NCBI GenBank assembly: GCA_964510025.1
Contig: CAZDZV010000003.1
Coordinates: 62,001-126,000 of the forward strand
Reading direction: 5' to 3'
From: an uncultured Methanosarcinales archaeon
GTDB lineage: Archaea > Nanobdellota > Nanobdellia > Woesearchaeales > DATDXC01
DNA: 64,000 nucleotides
Within the stretch, counting starts at the first letter, position 1; each line of letters begins with the position of its first letter. The notes under the pieces are model-generated. The model saw nothing but the letters and a program-made list of their open reading frames with translations, searched no databases and had not been told where the DNA came from. The position numbers and the translations under genes were made by a program. Below are positions 28,797 through 38,649 of the stretch, piece by piece.

Positions 28797-29858
28797 CTAT
28801 ATTAAATACCTAACAAAACACAGCAGCCTGGGCTCTTGCAGTGCCAGTTGCGGCAGGAAGTGCGACAATCTATCCCTATCAAAGTTCTCTAGTATTCTTT
28901 TATTAGCCTTTTTCTTGAAAATAGACGTAAGCATATTCCAGTCTTCAGGCTTAAACCTGTCCAACATATTCCTGATCTTCAGGTGAGTCCAAAGCTCTCT
29001 TCCTATCTTCCTTTTCCATCCTTTTTCATAGCCAGCAATAAGACATCTAGCTGCGAGAAGGCACTGTATGATCCCCCCACCGGTTGTAGCCTTTACCTGG
29101 GTAGCAGCATCTCCAACCAATAAAGTATTATCCTGCTGGGTTCTGATCATGGGATTATAGATAGGTATCAGGCCACCCTGCCTTTCTATAATCCCCCTAA
29201 TCTTCTTGGCTTTGAGAAGGCTATTTATGTAATTTGCTGGATTTTTGTAAGAAGCGACGCCTATTCTTGCAATTGTCCTGCTTTCAGGCACAATCCAGGC
29301 AAATGCCCCAATATACGGATAAAATTCAACGAAATTTTCATTTTTCATTTTTACCCTGAACTGCAATCCAGTCATGCAGCTTATCCTGCAGTTGTTCATG
29401 CTTTCCCTCACAATGCTTAGAGGACCATCTGCGCCAATCAGGATATCTTTTTCTTTTCTGAGTTTTATACCTTTTTTAATATCCTTTATCTCAAAAAAAT
29501 CATTTTTTACTGCCATGACTTTATGCTGAAGATGTATACGAGCGCCTCTTTCTTCAGCTTTAGCAGCCAATAGCTCATCAAATCTGGCTCTATCCAGAAT
29601 CAGGTTTTTTGCTTTAAGGCTAAGAGAAATAAAATTATGATCTGGTGAATATATCCTAATATCATCAACCTTGTTTATAACTGCTTCACTAGGTAGCCTG
29701 AAATCAAGAGTCTCTTTAAGGGTGCTTGTTACGATTCCAGTACACTGCACTGGATGGCCTATCTTCTTTTTTTGCTCATATACATCCACTGTATTTTTTT
29801 TTGAAAGAAGATATGCAGCATAACAGCCAGCAGGACCAGCGCCGATTATGTCTATCAT
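28797..29858 (-). CDS. Geranylgeranyl-reductase family flavoprotein
   Basis: IIGAGPAG, QCTG, DRARFD, GADG, AWIVP, VGDAA..TGGGI. Confidence 0.82.
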   Translation of the reverse strand: MIDIIGAGPAGCYAAYLLSKKNTVDVYEQKKKIGHPVQCTGIVTSTLKETLDFRLPSEAVINKVDDIRIYSPDHNFISLSLKAKNLILDRARFDELLAAKAEERGARIHLQHKVMAVKNDFFEIKDIKKGIKLRKEKDILIGADGPLSIVRESMNNCRISCMTGLQFRVKMKNENFVEFYPYIGAFAWIVPESRTIARIGVASYKNPANYINSLLKAKKIRGIIERQGGLIPIYNPMIRTQQDNTLLVGDAATQVKATTGGGIIQCLLAARCLIAGYEKGWKRKIGRELWTHLKIRNMLDRFKPEDWNMLTSIFKKKANKRILENFDRDRLSHFLPQLALQEPRLLCFVRYLI

Positions 29859-30000
29859 ACAGCATCCGGGTAAGATATTGGTTAATATAATTTACTTTTT
29901 AACTTTAAGGTAATAAATTAGATTTAGTATTCAATAATAGTAAATATTAGAAATATTTAAATAGTCGGTTTGAATACCACCTGCAATAAGGGGGATATTT

Positions 30001-31428
30001 TTGCCAGATAGGATTACAAGAAGAGAAGCATTGCAAATTTTGGCAGGAGGAGCGGCAGCAGCTGCTCTGGGCGCCGGCTGTACTGGTAACAGGCGGAAAA
30101 GCGCAGATGCTGCTTCAACACCAGTTGAGACAGATCCTTCTTTCTATGCCCGTCAACTGGAATACATGCTTCTCAACTTCCAGGGAGCCAGAACTAAAGT
30201 TGTTACTTTTCCAGGAATCGGGACTTTGGATCAAATAACCATGTATGCCCATATGGCTGATCTGGCTGCCCAACAGGCTAGCGGACGAGCAAAAAAGCAT
30301 ATAGAGCTGTCAGGAGACAGAATGGTTGATCTTGCTGTAAGGTCTATGTCATGGGACCTTGTAGGTCAATTCTATGGGGGTGGTTTTTCTTCTTTGTCTG
30401 AGGAAGATATGGCCAGGCTTGCGATAGGAAGAAAACTAACAGGCTGCAAGGATGATGAAAAATTGTTCGAGAGAGTCATGGGAGCATATGCCCAGCAGCT
30501 CGGGAACAGAGATCTTGGTGCATTTAGGGCTGCAAGAGAGCAGCTTTTAAGATCACATCATCTGGATGATGAATATAAGGATACTCAACTGACATGGACC
30601 AAACTTTTGCTTTGGCCATTAAAAGCGATCCATGATGTTGCTCAATTTGTGCTTCCTTTTGATGATTTTGTCTACTGCTACAGACATGACACATCTGCTG
30701 CAAGAAAAGCAGGAAATCATGGATCTTACCAAGAAATTGCTGCCAGATTTGAAAGAGATGTAAGAGATTTTGCAGGATGTTCGCCAGTTTTTCAGGTTAA
30801 AGAAGCAGAAGATGGGAAATATAATGTCGCTGCTGACATAAACGGTGCGGGACAGGCAGTGGCAGCTTTCCTAGGCCATGTGGACTGCGCAGATCTTTAT
30901 GAGACAATCATCCTGAACAAACTTCTTAATTATGCTGCTAGGAACAAGCATCAGCCAGAAAGAGGACATATTAGAGAAATGGGAAGAAGACTAAAGGAAG
31001 GATTAGCATGGCTCGAGAGGCAGTATGCACTATCGTCTGATCAGAGATACAGGGCTGAGGGACAGCCACAGGACCTGGCTTTGACAGCAGCGCATTATTT
31101 CGCAGGCAACCTTATTTCACCAGTCAGGCAGGACAGTGATGTATTCTATCATCTTCAGAAGTACAATGAAAAAAGAATGAAGGGAGCACAACTAACGGAC
31201 GAGCAAAGAAATTCAGGCTTTGTCTATCCGCTTGTATATTATCTTGATGAAGTCAGAGACATGAAGGCAGCTACCGACTGCAGATTTATTGCGGGTCTGG
31301 TTGAGACAGCGATCCTGGCATACGGTATAGTTGCATTAGCAGGATGCGGATGCTGCGGAGGAGATGGGGGGACATCTTATGGGGGCATACAGCCATGCCC
31401 AGTACCCATAGGTCCACATCCGGGTTAA
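30001..31428 (+). CDS. Hypothetical Tat-exported (lipo)protein
   Basis: TRREALQ twin-arginine signal followed by LGAGC; TTG start after GGGGG; C-terminal hydrophobic and Cys/Gly/Pro tail. Confidence 0.65.
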   Translation: MPDRITRREALQILAGGAAAAALGAGCTGNRRKSADAASTPVETDPSFYARQLEYMLLNFQGARTKVVTFPGIGTLDQITMYAHMADLAAQQASGRAKKHIELSGDRMVDLAVRSMSWDLVGQFYGGGFSSLSEEDMARLAIGRKLTGCKDDEKLFERVMGAYAQQLGNRDLGAFRAAREQLLRSHHLDDEYKDTQLTWTKLLLWPLKAIHDVAQFVLPFDDFVYCYRHDTSAARKAGNHGSYQEIAARFERDVRDFAGCSPVFQVKEAEDGKYNVAADINGAGQAVAAFLGHVDCADLYETIILNKLLNYAARNKHQPERGHIREMGRRLKEGLAWLERQYALSSDQRYRAEGQPQDLALTAAHYFAGNLISPVRQDSDVFYHLQKYNEKRMKGAQLTDEQRNSGFVYPLVYYLDEVRDMKAATDCRFIAGLVETAILAYGIVALAGCGCCGGDGGTSYGGIQPCPVPIGPHPG

Positions 31429-31429
31429 G

Positions 31430-33846
31430 ATGAAAAAGAACCTGTTTTTGATGTTTTGTATGATGATCCTGATAGCTGGCGTAGCCAGCGCAAGCTATGA
31501 TTACACCACAAACTGGTTTTATGAGGGAAACCCTGTAAGTAATGTAAGAGCTATCAATTATATATGTGGTGATTCAGGATGCCATAATCTTGATACAGAA
31601 GTATCGGATGAAACATCCTCAACGAACAGTATCGCTGTTTCATATCCTGTTCCAGCCCCTGCACATGGCTACGCAACCTACTGGTTTGCTGAATGCTTGA
31701 GATACCAAGAGATGGCCTATAAGCCTGATTGCCATGGAGAGTCTGCGCAGGATGTTATCTTCACAAAATATGGGAACTGCAGAGCCAGCATAACAAATGT
31801 GGATGCGCCCGCTATGCTAGATATGGGCGACAGGTTTTCAATCCAGGCGGATGTTGAATCTGCCTTTTCTGAGGCACCACTTGCGCCCTGGGGTGAACCA
31901 GATGATCCTGATATTGTCAGGAACTGGCTGTCAGCACAGACTGCTATAGAATTTATTGTTGAAGAGGGCAACGGCACTATTATTTATCAGAGCACTACAG
32001 AATATATAGAAAGAGATACATCCCTGGGGGTTGAATTTAACTGGACACCGACCAAACCAGGCAACTATAGGATCTATCTGAGAACAAACGTAACAGACTG
32101 CAAATGCAGCAGCAATATACCTGCGGAAATCCTAATACTTCTTGAGGTTATTGCTGAATGCGTATCAGACGATGATTGCCAACACCTTGATAATGAATAT
32201 TGTTCAGGAGATATACTTATAGAAAAAGAAGGGGTATGTGAAAATTATCAATGCGCTGTGGATAATAGTTCTATAGACTGTGGCGCAAAGAATGGGGTTA
32301 TGAATGATTGTGGATTGATGCAGTGGAGCTGCAGCGAAGAGCTTAATGCTGCCCATTGCATAATAACAGACATTGTTCCGAATAATGGGCTATGTCTGGA
32401 CAGGTGCTATAGGGGATCAATATATAGCCAGGTATGCGGCTCTTCATTCTACTGTGAAAGACTAGCCGAACTGCAGGATTGTGAAGACTTAGGTAGAGAA
32501 TACTGTGATGGAACCGATATAGTCTATGAAGAATATAATTGTGACGAAGTTGGGGGAGTTCCTACCTGCATACTAGATGATATAGACAGGGACGACTGCA
32601 ATGACGGATTGTTCTGCAACGGCCAGGAAACATGCGCAGAGACACCNNNNNNNNNNNNNNNNNNNNNNNNNNNNNNNNNNNNNNNNNNNNNNNNNNNNNN
32701 NNNNNNNNNNNNNNNNNNNNNNNNNNNNNNNNNNNNNNNNNNNNNNATGAATGCAACCTGAGCTGCGGCGCAGAATGCGTAGATGATTCAGGGTGCGATG
32801 ATATGGATAACGGCACCAATGACGCTTGCATAGGCTGTAGATGTGTACATACTATGGACTGTGAAGACTATGATGGGGATGGATATAACATAACAGGCGG
32901 GATATGCGGCCCTATAGACTGTGACGATAACGATACTCTTACCTATCCAGGGGCACCGGAACTATGCGACGGCAAGGATAATGATTGTGACGGCCAAATA
33001 CCAAATGAAGATGACAATGATGAAGATGGTCTTTTGGCATGCGAGGATAACTGCCCTCAGGTTTATAATCCTGATCAAGCAGACGCAGATTTTGATGGCA
33101 TAGGTGATGCATGTGAGAATGAATGCGAGGACGGACTTGATAATGATGGCGATGGCTATATAGACTACCCTGATGATCCAGGATGCGGAAGCAGCGACGA
33201 TGACAGCGAGGACAATAACGATGCACCCATCATAATCTCTGACCCTGTGGATAACTTCAGGCCCCAGGATGAAAGATTCTGTTCCTTATACAGGTATGAT
33301 GTAGATGCAATTGATCCTAACGGCGATTCAATCATGTATTCATTGATAAAAGCTCCCGTCGGGATGACAATCGATTCAAATACTGGTCTAATTGAGTGGG
33401 AGCCCAAGAAGACAGGCACGTATGAGATTGAAGTAAGGGCATCAGACGGTCTTCTTCATGATACCCAAAAATATATCCTTTCAGTAATGAATGCAAGGAA
33501 AGATACACTACCCAGGCAAAAATTCCTTATAAACAGCATCAGGACCAACCATCTTGTCTATGATGAGGTCGATGCTGGCGATATCCTGTTCGTTGATTTA
33601 CGATTTGAAAATATCGGCAGAAGAAACGTGAAATACGCGACTATAAGAGTGACTGTTCCCGAGCTGGGGATTTCAAGGAAGCTGGGACCCTTTAGGGGAC
33701 CGGACATTGAAGAAGCGATGAGCAGGGGCGTAATGCTGGAGATACCGGAATATGCACCTGCAGGTGTTTATTCAATCAGAATCTCGCTGTCGGACCTCAG
33801 CGGTATCAGGAGAACAAGGTATAGGGATTTTAGAGTAACAACTTAA
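31430..33846 (+). CDS. Secreted Cys/Asp-rich surface protein (metal-binding DCDD motif, TSP3-like repeats, Ig/cadherin domain), spanning an assembly gap
   Basis: Signal peptide; DCDDND..YPGAPELCDGKDNDCDG; DNCPQVYNPDQADADFDGIGDAC; DPNGD..APVGMTIDSNTGLIEWEP; ORF halves flank a 100-N gap, so the join is inferred. Confidence 0.7.
32647..32746. other. Scaffold gap (100 N)
   Basis: Run of N. Confidence 1.
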
Positions 33847-33887
33847 AGATAGTTAAAGTTATTAACTACTATTATATACTAAATAAG

Positions 33888-33960
33888 CGAAAAGTTTATA
33901 TATAAGTTGCGTATTACACCTGAGTAGCAAAAAAATAAGCTTTTCAAAAACATTGGGGGT
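33888..33960 (+). promoter_or_regulatory. Archaeal BRE-TATA promoter and SD of the putative S-layer gene
   Basis: CGAAAAG-TTTATATA at 33888-33902; GGGGGT 6 nt before ATG 33967. Confidence 0.65.
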
Positions 33961-33966
33961 AAAAAA

Positions 33967-35268
33967 ATGAAGTTAAAGATTATCGGTTTGATGGTTTTGT
34001 TTGTAGTCGGCCTTCTAGCAGTTTCAGGAATTGCAGCTGCTAGCGTTGAGATCAATTCTGTGGAGGTCGAAGGCCGGGAGTTTGAAGAGGGCGATGTCAT
34101 AATTCTGGGTGTTGAAAAGAATGACGAGCTTGAAGTCAGAATAACAACTACAAGCGACCAGGACGAAGAGGATGTCCAGGTTTCCGCGTATATAAGAGGC
34201 AATGACAGAGATCTTATCGAAGATGTCACAGATACCTTTGATATGAAAACAAATGTTTCATATGTAAAAAAGTTGATGCTGGATTTGCCCCAAAGAATGG
34301 ATCAAAAAAGATATACCCTCATTGTAAGAGTTGAAGACAATACAGGCAGTCTGGCAGATGAGCTTGATTTCAGCCTTGAGGTCGATGCGCCTAAAAATGA
34401 AGTTCAGATAAGGGATGTTATACTTAGCCCTGAGAACTACGTGAAAGCAGGAAGAGCTTTAATAGCTGCTGTAAGAGTAAAGAACAGGGGCGAATCACAA
34501 GAAGAGGATATCAAGGTTAAGGTAAGCCTCCCTGAGCTGGGAATTTCAGCTTCAGACTATATCGACGAGCTGGATCCAGAGGACTGCCCAGACGGCGATG
34601 AGGACGACTGCGACGATTCAACAACTTCAGAGGAGCTTTATCTGAGAATTCCAGACTGTGCAGAACCAGGCGAATATACCGTAAGGGTATGCGTAGAATA
34701 TGATGATGGCGATGAAGAAGAGTGCGAAACAAGAAGCATAGATGTTGTTGAAGGAGACTTATGCCCAACAATAGAGCCTAGCGAACCATCTACAGAATCC
34801 AAGACAATAATCACAATAGGGCCTGAATCACAGGACATTACAGCAGGTGAAAGCGCAGTATACTCAGTTACCCTGACCAACCAGGGCACAGAATCCAAGA
34901 CCTATTCAGTGTCTGCAGATGTAGGTGATTGGGGAGAAACCACAATAACACCAACAAACGTAGCTGTCTTAAGCCCCGGGGAATCAAAGTCGGTGCTTAT
35001 CAATCTAGGAACAGACATCAATACCGCAGAAGGAGAACAGATGTTTTCAGTGACAATCAGCAGCGGAGATAAAGTGCTTAAGCAAGTACCTTTGAAGGCA
35101 AACATAGAAAAATCTGCAGCTGCAGGTGGCTTAGGAAGCATAAAGAGAGGATTGGAGATAGGATTGATCATCTTGGTAGTGCTCCTTGTGATACTAGGTT
35201 TGATCATCGGCTTCAGCAAGCTTCGCAGCAATGAAGACGAAGGAAAAGAAGAGCAAACCTATTACTAA
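33967..35268 (+). CDS. Putative S-layer / major cell-surface protein
   Basis: Signal peptide, very acidic Ig/CARDB-like domains, C-terminal TM plus EEQTYY, consensus promoter, T-tract after stop. Confidence 0.65.
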   Translation: MKLKIIGLMVLFVVGLLAVSGIAAASVEINSVEVEGREFEEGDVIILGVEKNDELEVRITTTSDQDEEDVQVSAYIRGNDRDLIEDVTDTFDMKTNVSYVKKLMLDLPQRMDQKRYTLIVRVEDNTGSLADELDFSLEVDAPKNEVQIRDVILSPENYVKAGRALIAAVRVKNRGESQEEDIKVKVSLPELGISASDYIDELDPEDCPDGDEDDCDDSTTSEELYLRIPDCAEPGEYTVRVCVEYDDGDEEECETRSIDVVEGDLCPTIEPSEPSTESKTIITIGPESQDITAGESAVYSVTLTNQGTESKTYSVSADVGDWGETTITPTNVAVLSPGESKSVLINLGTDINTAEGEQMFSVTISSGDKVLKQVPLKANIEKSAAAGGLGSIKRGLEIGLIILVVLLVILGLIIGFSKLRSNEDEGKEEQTYY

Positions 35269-35318
35269 TTTTTTTTTATCTTATTCTCGACAATTTTCAA
35301 TACCTCACTAGGAGGGAT

Positions 35319-37118
35319 ATGCTTAAAATGCTGCGAAACAAACTAATCATACTGTTTTTTTTTATCCTATTGGCCCTTGAGGCTGCAGCATATTACACCA
35401 TTGAACTGGGCGAATATCATGCCTCTGCAGACAGCATCCGAAGAGATGATTTTGATTTCCATGCATACCAGGACCCATATATGCTCTGCGCAGGAGAGAG
35501 GAAGATAATACCTATCTGGATAGTCAATAAGGATGAAACTAAAGATTTCTTTTTTAGGCTCAAAAATATCGACTTTGCGGGGATGTCAGGAAGCGGTCTT
35601 GTCTTGGATCCGGACCAGGAAGCTGTTCTGTTTGTGGAGCTGCTGGCACCGCAAAACCTAAGGAAGAACCTTACTTTTTACCTGGAGATATCAACAGATG
35701 GACAGCTGTCGCTTAGGCTGCCCATCAGATTAAATGTACAGCAATGCTACGGCGTGGCAGTGGACATCAATGAATCTACGGTCCATGCATGTGCGTGTGA
35801 ATCAGAGCGACACTATGTTCATGTGACGAATACAGGCAAGTCTGATGAGCTGTTTAATATATATTTAGATGCACCATCTTTTGTGAGCATCGCGAATTCT
35901 TCAGCTACCATAATGGTTCCGGCGGGAAGCACAGAAATCGTGGGCTTCGATGTTGGGCCTTCCTGCGAGACTGAAGGCAAATACACGCTCAGGATGGCTG
36001 CCTCCCTAGCAAGAGGAGAGAGCATCGCTGACTATGATGACGTAGAGATACGCGTGCACAGGCAAAACAAATGCTATGAACCTGCTGTTACAGCCACCGA
36101 CTTTACCTCGGACTACGGCAAATCCTATCATCAAATCGAAATAGCCAATAAAGGCGCTAAAGAGGCTGAATACGCTCTTGCGATTGAAGGTGCTTCATGG
36201 GTAAGCATCGACTCTGAGTCCATTATGCTAAGACCAGGTGAGAAAAGAGGCCTGAGCATTCTTGTGGAACCTCCGACAGATATAACAGAAGGGGAATATC
36301 CTATCAGACTTTTGATGCAATCCCAGGGCCAGGAGTATTTTGCGGATTTCCAGGTCAGGCTGAAAAGAGGCAATTCCTTTTTGGATAAGACCATGAGCCT
36401 TATACACTATTACAGGTTCTATATATATCTGGGACTGGTCCTTTTGGCGGTTCTGCTAGCTATCATGATAGCCTATAAGAAGATGCCAAAAAAGCGAAAA
36501 TTAGACAAAAAGCGGTGGTCATGGGGTGCAATACCAGCAGCTATAATCATTTTGGTTGCAATGATCATTATCTTCTTTAGGCCCATATTTTCTTTTGTTT
36601 CCTACTACAGATACTATTTTTTGGCAGGAATAGGATTTATTATTCTTCTAGCAATCTTAGCCTTTCTGCCAAAAAAAACTACCAAGAAGGTTGCCAGAAA
36701 AAGAAACGTCTGGTCGTTGCTCTACGCTACACTGTCTGTACTAATCCTAGCCGGGCTGGCTGCCTACCTATTATTCAACTATCTTGAGAATATAAAATCC
36801 TTTTTTGGTTCATATTGGCTATTCATCCTGATAGGGCTCGGTGTTTTGGCAGTTGTACTTTTCATATACTCTCTTTCAAGAAAGATAAGGCTAAACAAAA
36901 GATCCATCAGGAAGATGATAGCTGCAGCGGTTACTTTATCTGTGCTAGCAGCTACCATATATGCTGTTTTTTATTTTGACTGGATACCTTCACTGCAGGA
37001 ATTTTTTGTGATCTATATGTATTATATCATTGCAGGATTTGCAATACTTGTTCTGGTCATACTATTGCTCACCTATTTTAGAAAAATAGTAGATTTTTTC
37101 TGGAAAAAAGATGAATAA
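35319..37118 (+). CDS. Surface protein: Ig-like (COG1470-type) ectodomain plus multi-TM repeat anchor
   Basis: Signal peptide; VTNTG..E.F and IANKG..EY Ig motifs; about 7 C-terminal TMs with basic loops. Confidence 0.65.
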   Translation: MLKMLRNKLIILFFFILLALEAAAYYTIELGEYHASADSIRRDDFDFHAYQDPYMLCAGERKIIPIWIVNKDETKDFFFRLKNIDFAGMSGSGLVLDPDQEAVLFVELLAPQNLRKNLTFYLEISTDGQLSLRLPIRLNVQQCYGVAVDINESTVHACACESERHYVHVTNTGKSDELFNIYLDAPSFVSIANSSATIMVPAGSTEIVGFDVGPSCETEGKYTLRMAASLARGESIADYDDVEIRVHRQNKCYEPAVTATDFTSDYGKSYHQIEIANKGAKEAEYALAIEGASWVSIDSESIMLRPGEKRGLSILVEPPTDITEGEYPIRLLMQSQGQEYFADFQVRLKRGNSFLDKTMSLIHYYRFYIYLGLVLLAVLLAIMIAYKKMPKKRKLDKKRWSWGAIPAAIIILVAMIIIFFRPIFSFVSYYRYYFLAGIGFIILLAILAFLPKKTTKKVARKRNVWSLLYATLSVLILAGLAAYLLFNYLENIKSFFGSYWLFILIGLGVLAVVLFIYSLSRKIRLNKRSIRKMIAAAVTLSVLAATIYAVFYFDWIPSLQEFFVIYMYYIIAGFAILVLVILLLTYFRKIVDFFWKKDE

Positions 37119-37226
37119 TGGGGACGCTGGGATTTGAACCCAGATCCACCGGTTTCTTCATCGGCAAAAAGCCTCATCGCTCCATGACTGGAGCCGGCAG
37201 TAATAGCCAGGTTATACTACGCCCCC
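37119..37226 (-). tRNA. trnW: tRNA-Trp(CCA) with 34-nt intron at 37/38 (intron 37154-37187); CCA end not encoded
   Basis: Acceptor GGGGGCG/CGTCCCC-A; anticodon arm GCCGG-CT-CCA-G^A-CCGGT; T-arm CTGGG-TTCAAAT-CCCAG. Confidence 0.92.
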
Positions 37227-37263
37227 AACCTATGTGCTAGAATTGGTCTATAGTTTTTAAATA

Positions 37264-37608
37264 TTACTGAAAAGAAATTATATCGCCTATCCTAGACGTC
37301 CCAGCTCTTCCTGATACAGTCTCTATCAGATAGCTGGCCTTACTTTTGGGAACATAAAAGCTGAAAGGTTTAAGATTCCTTTTTATTTCGACAATCTTCC
37401 TGGCCTTATCTAGATATATAAGATCGATACTATAGAAAACAAACAACATGTGTATGGGGATGACTTGAGCTTTATCGAAGCAAAAAATCAGGCCCAGATC
37501 ATCATCTTTTCCGGAGAACATCAACCCAAGACATTTAGAGGCAACTGTGCGGCATAGCCGGGTTTTTTTTGCTATTGCTAAATTTCTTGTCTTATTCATG
37601 ATAGGCAT
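37264..37608 (-). CDS. DUF192 (UPF0127) protein
   Basis: Start re-called at MPIMNK; GLMF, IHMLFVFYSIDLIYLD, YLIE. Confidence 0.8.
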   Translation of the reverse strand: MPIMNKTRNLAIAKKTRLCRTVASKCLGLMFSGKDDDLGLIFCFDKAQVIPIHMLFVFYSIDLIYLDKARKIVEIKRNLKPFSFYVPKSKASYLIETVSGRAGTSRIGDIISFQ

Positions 37609-37662
37609 AACAATATGTTCTATAGACAAATATTTAAATACATATCTGTTTTCAGCATGCAT

Positions 37663-38595
37663 ATGAATTACCTGGTTACTGGCGGAGCTGGATTTATCGG
37701 CAGCCATATAGCTGAGGCACTGGCAGAAAAAGGAGAGAACGTCAAAATAATTGACAATCTTTGCGAGGGAAGCCTGCGAAACCTTAAGGATTTTAAGGAA
37801 AAGGTCGAGTTTGTGAAAGGCGATATAAGGGATTTTGATAAGCTAGCTGAAGAATTCAAGAACATCGACTTCATCTCCCATCAAGCTGCCTTAAGGAGCG
37901 TGCCAAAGTCTGTTCAGAATCCTGAAGAGTTTAATGATGTCAACATCAACGGCCATCTTAATGTTCTGAAAGCTGCATTGAAATGCAAAGTTAAGAAGGT
38001 TGTATTTGCCTCATCTTCCTCTGTTTACGGTGATCCTGAAAAGTTTCCAGAAAAGGAATCGTTTATGCATGATCCGAAATCGCCATATGCCTTAACAAAA
38101 GTATGCGGAGAGCATTACTGCAGGTATTTTTGCGAGCAGTATGGTTTAGAGACAGTCTCACTAAGATATTTCAATGTTTTCGGGCCCAGACAAGACCCAG
38201 ATTCAGAATATGCAAATGTGATCCCAGCGTTCATAAAAAGGCTGTTGCAGGATGAGCCTGTCATTATTTACGGTGACGGAAGCCAAAAAAGGGATTATAC
38301 GCATATACGCAACGTAGTAGAGGCAAACATGCTTATGTTCCAGCAGAAGCTTGACGGCAGCGCCTTCAACGTATGTGACGGCATATCTGTCTCAGTGAAT
38401 GAGCTGGCTGACAAGCTAATGGGCATCATGGGCAAGAAGATAAGGCCTGCCTATGAAAAAGAAAGGCAGGGGGATGTTAGGAGAACACAAGGCGATCCCA
38501 CTAAGCTAAGAAAACTTGGCTTCAGGACAGCTGTTAGTTTTGATGAAGGGCTTAGGGATACTGTAGAATGGTTTAAGAATACGAAAACTTTATAA
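37663..38595 (+). CDS. NAD-dependent nucleotide-sugar epimerase/dehydratase (extended SDR, WbpP/GalE-like)
   Basis: Start re-called at MNYLVTGGAGFIGSH; ASSSSVYG, YALTK, LRYFNVFGP. Confidence 0.9.
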   Translation: MNYLVTGGAGFIGSHIAEALAEKGENVKIIDNLCEGSLRNLKDFKEKVEFVKGDIRDFDKLAEEFKNIDFISHQAALRSVPKSVQNPEEFNDVNINGHLNVLKAALKCKVKKVVFASSSSVYGDPEKFPEKESFMHDPKSPYALTKVCGEHYCRYFCEQYGLETVSLRYFNVFGPRQDPDSEYANVIPAFIKRLLQDEPVIIYGDGSQKRDYTHIRNVVEANMLMFQQKLDGSAFNVCDGISVSVNELADKLMGIMGKKIRPAYEKERQGDVRRTQGDPTKLRKLGFRTAVSFDEGLRDTVEWFKNTKTL

Positions 38596-38649
38596 ATAAC
38601 CGGTCTTATTGATAAAAAAAGGGGTTATTCATTAAAAGAGGTGTTGTTT

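Noticed and set aside
32632..32761. Apparent frameshift or two genes in the Cys-rich surface protein
   Set aside because: The frame change falls in a 100-N placeholder gap of unknown true length
37119..37226. tRNA as integration site of a mobile island
   Set aside because: No integrase and no duplicated tRNA 3' end noticed in the window
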